Positions 17,054-26,142 of a stretch of 64,000 nt of DNA are shown here, piece after piece. The DNA lies in assembly GCA_000431335.1 (NCBI GenBank), contig FR888021.1, positions 690 to 64,689 of the forward strand, written 5' to 3'. The position numbers and the translations under genes are program-made. This stretch comes from Clostridium sp. CAG:343. GTDB taxonomy: Bacteria > Bacillota > Clostridia > TANB77 > CAG-508. Position 1 is the stretch's first letter. Each line of letters opens with the position of its first letter. The notes below the pieces were generated by a model. The model had not been told where the DNA came from. It did no database searches and saw only the letters and a program-made list of their open reading frames with translations.

Positions 17054-17512
17054 TTATCTTTCCAATTGATTTTGCATAATATCTTTAAGTGCTTCTCTAA
17101 TATACTCTGGTCTAGTATTTTCATCAATGTTTAATTTTTCATCAATTTTAATATCTCTTACTTTTACCCCATAGGTCAACTCTATAAATTCAGCTAAAAC
17201 ATGTCTATGACAAAACTGTTGTCCTTTTTCATAGCACAATAATATTGGGTCTGTTTCATTTTGTAACAATTCTTCTATATTTACTTTAGTTAAAACTTGA
17301 TTATAATATTGCTCTATATAATATCTTGTATTCTCCTCTTCTGAAATTCTACCAATATTATTATGCCAAATCTCCCAAAATGCTCTTTTTGGTGCTAAGG
17401 AAGGAATTGCTTTGCCAACAAATCCAACTTTTCTCCCTCTATCGCCTGAAATAGATATTAAATTTCCTAGCTTACATTCTTCATAATTACCTGTAAAAAT
17501 TCTCGTATTCAT
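17054..17512 (-). CDS. DUF488-like protein
   Basis: 152 aa. ..PILLCYEKGQQFCHRHVLAEFI.. resembles the DUF488 CxE..CHR signature. Confidence 0.45.
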   Translation of the reverse strand: MNTRIFTGNYEECKLGNLISISGDRGRKVGFVGKAIPSLAPKRAFWEIWHNNIGRISEEENTRYYIEQYYNQVLTKVNIEELLQNETDPILLCYEKGQQFCHRHVLAEFIELTYGVKVRDIKIDEKLNIDENTRPEYIREALKDIMQNQLER

Positions 17513-17655
17513 TTTTTCTCCAATCTGACCAAAAAATTACTATTTGTCCGCCATTTTTTGTGCTATGGTGAATATGCCAATTGTTTCTGCATTCTGGTTC
17601 AAAAGTTACATTTGCTATAAATATACTTGATTTCTTCCAGCTGTTTGTTTTTCCA
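17513..17655 (-). pseudogene. Truncated cupin-domain gene remnant
   Basis: Minus-strand frame reads ..SSIFIANVTFEPECRNNWHIHHSTKNGGQIVIF.. (cupin motif 1). It then runs into the DUF488 RBS. The ATG at 17655 is in a different frame across an A5 run. Confidence 0.55.
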
Positions 17656-17735
17656 TTTTAAATTTCTCCTTCTTATTATATATAATAAGAAGGAAAAATT
17701 TAAAAAGTAGAGACTTATTTTTAGTCAAAAATTAT

Positions 17736-18428
17736 TTATTTTTCAGTAGATGATATCATTCCTATGCTCAGTTGCAGTTTTTTGGTTACAAATCCTTCAA
17801 AAATCTCCATATCTAATACTGATTCTGGATGCCATTGAACTCCAATAACATTATCTTTTTCGATTCCTTCAATTGTTCCATCATCACATCTAGCCACAAT
17901 TCTGAAACCTGGTGCAACATCTTTTATTGCTTGCTCATGATATGAATTTACTTCTAATTTATCTTTTTTATATATTTTATACAAAAATGAATCTTCTTCT
18001 ATATTTATAATATGTTTACTTTGATCTTTTAAATTGTGGTTTGGTATACTTTGAAATAAAGTACCTCCAAAAATGACATTTAGTTCTTGTATTCCAGCAC
18101 ATATTCCTAATATAGGCTTATTTTGTTTGTTAAATTCTTCTACGCATTTCTTAACTAAAGGATATTCATCAAATTTATCATATTTTTTATCTTTTATTGG
18201 TTCTTCATTATAATATTTTGGATGTACATCATTTGCACTTCCAGTTAAAATTAGTCCATCGCATATGTTGCTTATTTCTTCTATATTTCTTTCTGAAATT
18301 ACTGGAATAAGTATAACGTCTAATTTATCAAATATTTTTCTATATGACGAATCTAAATAATACACTATATTAAATGGTTTCTTTTTTCCGTTGTTTTCTA
18401 ATCTTTCTATTATTGCTATCTTTTTCAT
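17736..18428 (-). CDS. Class I glutamine amidotransferase-like peptidase C26 (gamma-glutamyl hydrolase family)
   Basis: 230 aa. Nucleophile elbow ..PILGICAGIQELN.. and ..GVQWHPE.. Confidence 0.8.
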   Translation of the reverse strand: MKKIAIIERLENNGKKKPFNIVYYLDSSYRKIFDKLDVILIPVISERNIEEISNICDGLILTGSANDVHPKYYNEEPIKDKKYDKFDEYPLVKKCVEEFNKQNKPILGICAGIQELNVIFGGTLFQSIPNHNLKDQSKHIINIEEDSFLYKIYKKDKLEVNSYHEQAIKDVAPGFRIVARCDDGTIEGIEKDNVIGVQWHPESVLDMEIFEGFVTKKLQLSIGMISSTEK

Positions 18429-18451
18429 TTGCTTAATTCCCCTTTATTTTA

Positions 18452-20956
18452 TTATTCAGAATTGTTATCTTCACTAGTATTAGTCGAATTATTTAAGTTA
18501 TTTTTTTGTGTGTTACTATTTACTGTATTACTTGTATTGGTTGAATTTGTTGAAGTATTTGAAGTGTTTGTTTTATTAGAAGTATTATTATTTGTACTTG
18601 TATTAGTTTGTTCATTTGTAGAATTTTGTTTTGTCATATTATTTGAATTGCTATCTTTTTGATTTTTTGTATCTTTATTCGGTTGCGTTTCATTTTGTTG
18701 TATTGATGAATTTGTATTAGTTCGTTCTGGTTCTTTTGCATCAATATCATCAGTAATCCCTTTTATAATTTCTGTTACATTATTTTTATTTATGTTTTCA
18801 TTATTTTTAATCTCAGAACCATTATGCTCATTACAAATTTCTGGTACTGTAAACCATAAAAAGTATTCTGTGTACGTATTAGGACATCCTGTATTTGCTT
18901 TTTTGCCAGTTGCTGAACATATAGTTGCAGTTGAAATGGCTCCTGGATTTTCGAATTTTGCACCTTTAAGTCCTGTATGAATTCTAGACATTACATTTGC
19001 CCATATTAATCCTGCTGGGTTTCTTTGGTTAAATTCTATACTTTCATTTTGGTCATAACCGTACCATGTTACTGCTGTATAATAAGGAGTAAAACCACAT
19101 AACCATCTATCATAATTTTCATCAGTAGTTCCTGTTTTAGCAGCTACATCTACTCCTGATATTTTACAATAAGTTGCTGTACCATTTTCCCCTAATACTG
19201 GTTGCGTTAAAATTTCTTTTAAGATATATGCTACTTGTTTTGAACATACACGTTTTGTTTTTTGGGATGTTTTTATAAATACTGTTCCATCGTTTTTATC
19301 AATTTTAGTATAAAAAGTTGGTTCTATATATATTCCATCATTAGCAATCGTACTATAAGCTCCTGCCATTTGCAAAGGACTAATTCCTTTTTCTAATCCT
19401 CCAAGTGCTAAAGGTAGACTATTATCTTCTTCAGTTAATGTTGTAACTCCCATTTTTTCTAAATATTTTATTGAATTTTTAGGCTTTAACTTTTCCATTA
19501 TTTCAACAAATGGGATATTTTGAGATGATTCTACTGCTCGTCTTACTGTTATTTTTCCTAAGCTTTTGCTATAATCTGTTGGATGATAATTATTTTCAAA
19601 ATCTTGCTCTGTATCATCAAATATCGTTGCTGCAGTTATTATCTTTTTATCAATTGCAGGTAATAATACTGCAATTGGTTTTATCGCTGAACCTGTTTGT
19701 CTTACACTTTGAGTCGCTCTATTAAAAGAACGCGCAGTTGTCTTTTCGCCTAATCCTCCAGTGCATCCAACTACATTTCCAGTTTTATGATCTATTATTA
19801 CCATTGCTGCTTGTGATGAATCATCACTATTTCTAGATGCAAGTTTATATTTCTTTTTTGAACATTCTGTTTCCATTTGTTTTTGAATATCCGAATCTTG
19901 AGTACTATAGATTGTTAATCCTGCCATATTAATATAATTTGTAGCAAAAGTTTCTGATATATTGTATTTATCACATATATCTTTAGTAATTTCTGTTATG
20001 AGTGCATCTGTATGATATGAATATATACCTTCACTTGATTCTATTTTTCCATTTTTAAACTTTAAACCTTTTTCAACATTTTGCATAGCTTCTTTATACT
20101 CTTCTTCATTTTTTATATATCCTAATTCTTTCATTTTTGTTAAAACTGTCTTTGTTCTATTTATAATTTTGCTTGAATTGTCTTTATCTGAAAAAGGATT
20201 GTATGAATTTGGAGAATTGTTTATTCCTGCTAAAAATGCACATTCTTCAAGTGTTAAATTTTGCACTGATTTATTAAAATAATATTCTGAACCAGCTTCT
20301 ACGCCATATATACTTGGACCAATATATATAATATTCAAATATGTATCTAGAATTTCATCTTTAGACAGACATGTTTCTAATTGCCATGCTTTCCACCATT
20401 CTGTTACTTTTCTTGTTATACTATCTGTAGCATCCCCAGTAAGATTTTTTACTAATTGTTGTGTAATCGTACTTCCTCCAAATGAAGAAGAACCAAAATG
20501 AATAATATATGAACCAATAGCTGAAGCAGTTCTTTTTATATCTACTCCACCATGAGAATAAAATCTTTCATCTTCGATAGCTACATAAGCATTTTTTAAA
20601 TTATAAGGAATTTCGTTATAAGAAACTACTTTCTTTTTTATTTCACTTCCTAATGTTGCTATTGTATTACCGTTTATATCTTTTACAATTGAATTTTCAT
20701 TAAGAGTCATATCTTTTGCTATAGATTTCCAAACATGAGCAGAAATTGCTAATTTAATTCCAAAAATTATAATTATTATACTAACAATAATTAATAGCAG
20801 TTTCGCTTTTTTTATTTTTTTATTTTTCTTTGGTTTATCATTTTTATCTTTCTTATCCTCTTTTTTATTTTTCATCTCTTGAATTGCTTTTGGCTCTAAA
20901 TCTTGATCTTGAATTTTTGATTTTCTTAGTCTCTTTCCTTTTTGTTTCTTTTTCAT
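18452..20956 (-). CDS. Class A penicillin-binding protein (PBP1A family) with Asn/Thr/Ser-rich C-terminal tail
   Basis: GT51 motifs EDERFYSHGGVD and GGSTITQQL. Transpeptidase motifs SAIKP and KTGTT. The last roughly 100 aa are low-complexity N/T/S repeats. Confidence 0.9.
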   Translation of the reverse strand: MKKKQKGKRLRKSKIQDQDLEPKAIQEMKNKKEDKKDKNDKPKKNKKIKKAKLLLIIVSIIIIIFGIKLAISAHVWKSIAKDMTLNENSIVKDINGNTIATLGSEIKKKVVSYNEIPYNLKNAYVAIEDERFYSHGGVDIKRTASAIGSYIIHFGSSSFGGSTITQQLVKNLTGDATDSITRKVTEWWKAWQLETCLSKDEILDTYLNIIYIGPSIYGVEAGSEYYFNKSVQNLTLEECAFLAGINNSPNSYNPFSDKDNSSKIINRTKTVLTKMKELGYIKNEEEYKEAMQNVEKGLKFKNGKIESSEGIYSYHTDALITEITKDICDKYNISETFATNYINMAGLTIYSTQDSDIQKQMETECSKKKYKLASRNSDDSSQAAMVIIDHKTGNVVGCTGGLGEKTTARSFNRATQSVRQTGSAIKPIAVLLPAIDKKIITAATIFDDTEQDFENNYHPTDYSKSLGKITVRRAVESSQNIPFVEIMEKLKPKNSIKYLEKMGVTTLTEEDNSLPLALGGLEKGISPLQMAGAYSTIANDGIYIEPTFYTKIDKNDGTVFIKTSQKTKRVCSKQVAYILKEILTQPVLGENGTATYCKISGVDVAAKTGTTDENYDRWLCGFTPYYTAVTWYGYDQNESIEFNQRNPAGLIWANVMSRIHTGLKGAKFENPGAISTATICSATGKKANTGCPNTYTEYFLWFTVPEICNEHNGSEIKNNENINKNNVTEIIKGITDDIDAKEPERTNTNSSIQQNETQPNKDTKNQKDSNSNNMTKQNSTNEQTNTSTNNNTSNKTNTSNTSTNSTNTSNTVNSNTQKNNLNNSTNTSEDNNSE

Positions 20957-21098
20957 TTTGACTATCACATTCTTTCAATTTTTTGTACAGTATATCACAA
21001 AAGACTTAAAAATAAAACACTTTGTTATTTTTAAGTTTCTATTCCATTTTGTATTATTTTGATATATAATACTTTATATAGAATGGAGTGTGAATTTC

Positions 21099-22091
21099 AT
21101 GATAAAAAGAGAAGAAAACCCAGACTTTTTGAATGCTTTTTTAGATTATTCAACAACAATTTTAAATAAGTCTCCAAATAGTATTAAGGAATATAATTAT
21201 GATTTAGCTATGTTTTTTAAATTTATAAAGATACATTTTAATATGACAAATGAAACAGATTTAAAAGAAATATACATTAAAGATATAACAATAGATACTG
21301 TAAAAAGAATAAAAATAGATGATATTCATGCATTTTTAGGTTACCTATCAACTACATACCATAGCAAACCTGCTACAAGAGCTAGAAAAATATCAACAAT
21401 ACGAATATTTTTCCATTATTTGTGCCAAGATGCTAGTTCTCAATTTTTATTAGACCATAATCCAGCTTTAAATTTGAAAACTCCTAAAAAAGAAAAAAGG
21501 TTACCTAAATATCTATCTTTAGATGATAGTAAGAAGCTACTCGATGTTGCTTCTGACGAAGATAATAGAAACTGTGAAAGAGATTTTGCTATTACTACTC
21601 TATTTTTAAATTGTGGTATGCGTCTTTCTGAATTAGTTGGAATTAATATAAAAGATATAGATTTTAATGAATGTAAATTAAATGTTATTGGTAAAGGAAA
21701 TAAAGAAAGAACTATATATTTAAATAATGCATGTATGAAAGCTCTTTCAGATTATTTGTCTGTAAGACCTAAAGAAGGTATAAAACATGATAAGAAATAT
21801 TCTGAAAAAGCATTGTTTTTAAGTGAAAGAAGAGAAAGAATTAGTAATCGTACTGTACAATATATTATAAACAAAGAATTATCTAAAGCTGGCTTAGATA
21901 GTAATAAATATTCTGTTCATAAGTTAAGGCATACAGCAGCAACTTTGATGTATCAATATGGTCAAGTAGATATACGTGCTTTGCAAGAATTACTAGGACA
22001 TGAAAGTATTGCAACTACTGAGATCTATACACATGTAAGCAATGATCAAATTAGAGATGCCGTTGAAAAAAATCCTCTAGCAAATTTATAA
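21099..22091 (+). CDS. Tyrosine recombinase XerC/XerD-like (chromosomal copy)
   Basis: ..NCGMRLSEL.., ..HKLRHTAATLM.., ..LGHESIATTEIYTHV. The N-terminus EENPDFLNAFLDY parallels the islet copy at 10824. Confidence 0.85.
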   Translation: MIKREENPDFLNAFLDYSTTILNKSPNSIKEYNYDLAMFFKFIKIHFNMTNETDLKEIYIKDITIDTVKRIKIDDIHAFLGYLSTTYHSKPATRARKISTIRIFFHYLCQDASSQFLLDHNPALNLKTPKKEKRLPKYLSLDDSKKLLDVASDEDNRNCERDFAITTLFLNCGMRLSELVGINIKDIDFNECKLNVIGKGNKERTIYLNNACMKALSDYLSVRPKEGIKHDKKYSEKALFLSERRERISNRTVQYIINKELSKAGLDSNKYSVHKLRHTAATLMYQYGQVDIRALQELLGHESIATTEIYTHVSNDQIRDAVEKNPLANL

Positions 22092-22100
22092 AAATATATG

Positions 22101-22132
22101 GACTACATTATACTATATAATGTAGTCTTTTT
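22101..22132. terminator. Bidirectional terminator between the xer-like and LysM genes
   Basis: 11 bp stem GACTACATTAT/ATAATGTAGTC followed by TTTTT. Confidence 0.6.
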
Positions 22133-22430
22133 AATTAAATATAGGTATTAGTATTTTCTCTCCTACTTTTAAATTACCATCTATATTATTAATATTTTTT
22201 AATTCACTTACAATGTTTCTTATATCATTTCCTTTATAGTATTTATTTTCTTTTAGTTCTCTCTCAGATATAGACCACAATGTATCTCCCTCATAAATGA
22301 ATTCTTCTTTATAAGAAACTTCAGTTTTTGAATATGTATGATTAATTCCCATTAATACTATTGATACTAATATAACTAAAATTAAACACATCATTATAAA
22401 TTTTCTCTTATTTACTATTTTTATTTTCAT
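22131..22430 (-). CDS. LysM-domain membrane-anchored protein (YneA-like)
   Basis: 99 aa. N-terminal TM helix and C-terminal LysM (..YEGDTLWSISER..LKVGEKILIP). The promoter carries SOS-type boxes. Confidence 0.7.
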   Translation of the reverse strand: MKIKIVNKRKFIMMCLILVILVSIVLMGINHTYSKTEVSYKEEFIYEGDTLWSISERELKENKYYKGNDIRNIVSELKNINNIDGNLKVGEKILIPIFN

Positions 22431-22450
22431 ATAATCATCTCCTTTTACTA

Positions 22451-22528
22451 CGAAATATTTGTTCGTGTTTTGAGATAATTATAAACGAACATTTATTCTT
22501 TGTCAATGTTTTTTAGAAAAAATGTTCG
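22451..22528 (-). promoter_or_regulatory. Consensus sigma-A promoter (TTGACA-17-TATAAT) flanked and overlapped by three LexA-box-like sites
   Basis: Minus strand: -35 at 22506-22501 and -10 at 22483-22478. CGAACATTTATTCT (22486-22499) lies in the spacer. AGAAAAAATGTTCG (22515-22528) is upstream. CGAAATATTTGTTCG (22451-22465) is downstream. Confidence 0.6.
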
Positions 22529-22542
22529 TTTTTTTACTTGTT

Positions 22543-23328
22543 TTAAAATATCTTTTTATAATATGGTTGTATGTTTGGTAATAAGCTATCAATATATACT
22601 GTGTTATATTCTTTATCTTCTATTTTTATATTCGGAAAAGTTCGTATCATTTTTTTATCATTCCAAAAAGTATTAATAAAATCTGATAAAACCTTATTAT
22701 TATAAGTTTTATTATAATTTTCTATTACTTTTTCTTTGTTTTCTACTTCTATATCATTTTCTACTATCATTCTATTAACAAATTGTTTTTGTGCATAACA
22801 AGTAGCTATACAATCAATTGCTAAAAATATGATTACTATTAAAATAATTAATTTAAGTTTTTTTATTGAGATTTTATCTTTTATTTTAGCAATCAATATA
22901 TCAATTTTAGGATTTATAATCTTTATTAAAAATAATGTCAATACTCCCCAGAACACAGAGTAAAGCAAGCATATTCTTCCATTAATATTTAAGAATCTAT
23001 TAGAATAATCCCACCATTTTGTATGAAGAATAGTATCTACTAAAAAACTAATTGTATATTCTGTTACAGACCCTACTAAAAATCCCCCCACAAAAAGTGT
23101 TAATTTGTTTTTATTAAAATATCGAGATAATAATGTAATAGTAATAGCTCCAATTCCATAAATCCCACAAAATGGTCCATATAAAAAGCTTTGCCTAGAT
23201 TCCCATACTCCTTTAGTTGCAATTCCAAATAATGTTTCTATAATATATCCTATAAAACTATATATAATAAAATAAGCAAATAATTTCCATATGCTAATTC
23301 CTAATATAGTTACACTTTTTTTATTCAT
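22543..23328 (-). CDS. Putative ABC-transporter type IV family membrane protein (PF06541-like)
   Basis: 261 aa polytopic protein. N-terminal ..FIIYSFIGYIIETLFGIATKGVWESRQSFLYGPFCGIYG.. is typical of this family. Confidence 0.55.
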   Translation of the reverse strand: MNKKSVTILGISIWKLFAYFIIYSFIGYIIETLFGIATKGVWESRQSFLYGPFCGIYGIGAITITLLSRYFNKNKLTLFVGGFLVGSVTEYTISFLVDTILHTKWWDYSNRFLNINGRICLLYSVFWGVLTLFLIKIINPKIDILIAKIKDKISIKKLKLIILIVIIFLAIDCIATCYAQKQFVNRMIVENDIEVENKEKVIENYNKTYNNKVLSDFINTFWNDKKMIRTFPNIKIEDKEYNTVYIDSLLPNIQPYYKKIF

Positions 23329-23419
23329 GAAATTTCCCCTTAATCTTTATTTTTTATTACAATGTATACTATCATAAATTTGTAAAAAAATAAAGATTTA
23401 GTACATAAATAATAGTAAT

Positions 23420-23999
23420 TTACAGTAATATTGGGCTAACTTGTTCCCTATCTAGTGCACTTTTTATTGTTCTTATAATATATTCTGAATCAAATACAAC
23501 TGATCTTGGTTTTGTTATTGGATTGTCTTGCCTAAATGGAACAAAATAATAATTATTCCTATTTAGTAACTTTCCTATATTTTCTGCATTACCACTTAAT
23601 CCATTATTGGTAGAAGGTGCTATAACTAAAGGTCTTCCGTTTCTTAAATGAGATTTTGCTGCCATAATAGCAGGTGTATCTATAATATCACAAGCAAGCT
23701 TAGAAATTGTATTTCCGAGAACATGGTGCAATAACCATAATATCTGTCATCTTTTTCGGTCCAATTGGTTCCGCTTCTTGAATTGTATGAATAATCTTCT
23801 TATCTGTAAGCTCTTCTATTTCTTTTATGAAATCTTTTGCTTTTCCAAATTTAGTATCTAAATTATAACTGTTAAAAGACATGATTGGTATAATTTCTGC
23901 TCCTTGATTTATTAATTCTTTCATTTTTGGTATTACTTTCTTAAATGTACAAAAAGAGCCCGTTAATGCAAATCCTATTTTTATTCCTTTTAATTCCAA
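23420..23999 (-). CDS. dpaB: Dipicolinate synthase subunit B, interrupted by a +1 frameshift at in-frame CGG (pseudogene, assembly error or recoding)
   Basis: ORFs 23700-23999 and 23420-23731 together match SpoVFB (..IGFALTGSFCTF.., ..MVIAPCS / GNTISKLACDIIDTPAIMAAKSHLRN.., ..YFVPFRQDNP..). Sense CGG is at 23717-23715. Skipping the C joins them. Confidence 0.8.
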
Positions 24000-24122
24000 A
24001 ATTCATCAAATCCTCCTTTCATATTACATTTATATATAATATGAAATTATGTAAATTTTGGAATTAGTTTTTTTGTATTTTCATATTTAAAAATATATTT
24101 AATAAACTTAAATGGTGATAAT

Positions 24123-25439
24123 TTGAAAAGAACAAAAAAATTTTTAATAAATGGATCTATTTTAACAATAACTAATATAATTATGCGAAGTATTGGCATG
24201 GTATTTGGAATTTATGTATCCAATAAGATCGGGTCAGAAGCGGTTGGAACATTCGATTTAGTAATGTCTGTTTATATGTTAGCAATAACTATTGCTACAT
24301 CTGGATTAAACATTGCTTGTATTTCTATTGTTTCAGAGCAATTTGCTAAAAAAGATTTTTTAAATGGCCTAACTGCTGTAAAAACATGTATTACATTTGC
24401 TATATTATTAGGTTTATCAAGTAGTATAATTCTATTTTTATTTTCTGATTTTATAATTAAAAATTGGTTAAATAATATAATTTCCTCTATACCGCTATAT
24501 TTAATTGCATTAGGTTTACCTTTTATTGCAATATCTTCTGTTTTAAACGGCTATTTTGTTGCTGTAAGAAAAGCATATAAAGGAGCAATTTCGCAATTTT
24601 TTGAAATAACAATAAAAATCATATGTACTATTATATTTTTTAATTTCTTTTCCTTAAAAAATGTAGAAAATATATGTATTTGCTTAATTCTAGCCGATGT
24701 TATTTCTGAAATAGCTTCTTGTTTATTATGGATTATTTTATATAAAATAGATAAATCTAAACTATGGCAAAGAACAAAAAATAAAATTTCTTTTACAAAA
24801 AAAATAATAAAAATAACCGTTCCTGTTTTTATTACATCTTGTTTACGTTCTGGACTATCTACTTTTAAAAAATTTATTATTCCAATTAAGTTAGTAGCCT
24901 ATGGATTCCCTTATACAATTGCTTTATCTGAATATGGTAAAATTATTGGAATGGCTTTTCCTATTATAATGATTCCTAATATGTGTATTAGTTCTTTTAG
25001 TAATTTACTTGTTCCTGAATTTGCTAGTTTATTAGCAAATGGAAATAAAAAGAGAATTATTAACATATGTAACAAACTTTTTAAAATAACTTCATTTTTT
25101 AGTATTACTTTAATTATTATCTTTATGCATTATTCAAATGAAATTAGTTTAACTCTTTTTCATAATTTAGAGTGCTCAAATTATATTAGAATCCTTTCTC
25201 CTTTAATTTTGTTTATGTGTCTAGATAATATAGCAGATAATATACTAAAAGGTCTTGATAAGCAATTTGAAGTTATGCTTTACAACGTTATTGATTTAAT
25301 TATTACAATTATTATTTTGTATTTTTTAATACCTTTTATTGGAATCGGGGGGATTATTATCGCTTTATATGTAAGTGAAATATTTAATTTCTCTGCTAGT
25401 TATTTAGAATTATATAAAAAAGTATTTAAGAATTTTTAA
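24123..25439 (+). CDS. MOP-superfamily polysaccharide/lipid II flippase, SpoVB-like
   Basis: 438 aa with about 12-14 TM segments. N-terminus ..LINGSILTITNIIMRSIGMVFGIYVSNKIGSEAVG.. is typical of the SpoVB/MurJ family. TTG start. Confidence 0.65.
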   Translation: MKRTKKFLINGSILTITNIIMRSIGMVFGIYVSNKIGSEAVGTFDLVMSVYMLAITIATSGLNIACISIVSEQFAKKDFLNGLTAVKTCITFAILLGLSSSIILFLFSDFIIKNWLNNIISSIPLYLIALGLPFIAISSVLNGYFVAVRKAYKGAISQFFEITIKIICTIIFFNFFSLKNVENICICLILADVISEIASCLLWIILYKIDKSKLWQRTKNKISFTKKIIKITVPVFITSCLRSGLSTFKKFIIPIKLVAYGFPYTIALSEYGKIIGMAFPIIMIPNMCISSFSNLLVPEFASLLANGNKKRIINICNKLFKITSFFSITLIIIFMHYSNEISLTLFHNLECSNYIRILSPLILFMCLDNIADNILKGLDKQFEVMLYNVIDLIITIIILYFLIPFIGIGGIIIALYVSEIFNFSASYLELYKKVFKNF

Positions 25440-25481
25440 TATATTTTCTTAAATACCTTTTAATTTTTATTATAAAATTTT

Positions 25482-26069
25482 TTATTTACTATAAAACCTC
25501 TTATTAACCTCATTCCAATTTACAATATTCCAAAAAGCATTAATATAGTCAGGTCTTTTTGTTAAATATTGCAAATAATAAGAATGCTCCCACATATCTA
25601 ATACAAGAAGCGGTTTACATCCCCATAAAGTCAAATTTTGATGCTTTTCGCATTGTAAAACCTCTAGCTTACTCCATTTTGGAACCCATACAAGCAAACA
25701 CCATCCAGAAGCCTCCACTGCTGCACTAGCACTATTAAATTGATTTTTAAAATTATCATAACTCCCAAAATCTTTTATAATTTGTTCCATTAACTCTGAA
25801 TTTGGTTCTGTTGGAATAGCAGGTCCCATATTAGTAAAAAATAATTCATGTAAAATAACTCCCGAACCAAAAAAGCTCAGATCTTTTTCTAAACATTTAA
25901 TACTAGAAAAATCATTATTTTTTCTTGCCTGTTCTAGTTTTTCTTCTGTTTTATTTGTATTGTCTATATATCCTTTATACAAAATATTATAATGCAAATC
26001 TAATGTTTGCTTAGAATAATATGGTTCCAGTGCATTTAACGGATATGGCAAATCAATCATTTTTAGCAT
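25482..26069 (-). CDS. sodA: Fe/Mn superoxide dismutase
   Basis: ..LPYPLNALEPYYSKQTLDLHY.. and ..DMWEHSYYLQY.. are metal-ligand motifs. Confidence 0.9.
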   Translation of the reverse strand: MLKMIDLPYPLNALEPYYSKQTLDLHYNILYKGYIDNTNKTEEKLEQARKNNDFSSIKCLEKDLSFFGSGVILHELFFTNMGPAIPTEPNSELMEQIIKDFGSYDNFKNQFNSASAAVEASGWCLLVWVPKWSKLEVLQCEKHQNLTLWGCKPLLVLDMWEHSYYLQYLTKRPDYINAFWNIVNWNEVNKRFYSK

Positions 26070-26142
26070 AAAAAAACCTCCTAAATGTTATACTTTTAAG
26101 TATATTCATTTTTAAGAGGTTTTATTAATTAATTATTTATTA

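Noticed and set aside
5750-17655. Prophage or ICE
   Set aside because: There are no capsid, tail, terminase, portal, relaxase, coupling-protein or type IV secretion genes. Only regulators, recombinases, a toxin and a translesion polymerase are present.
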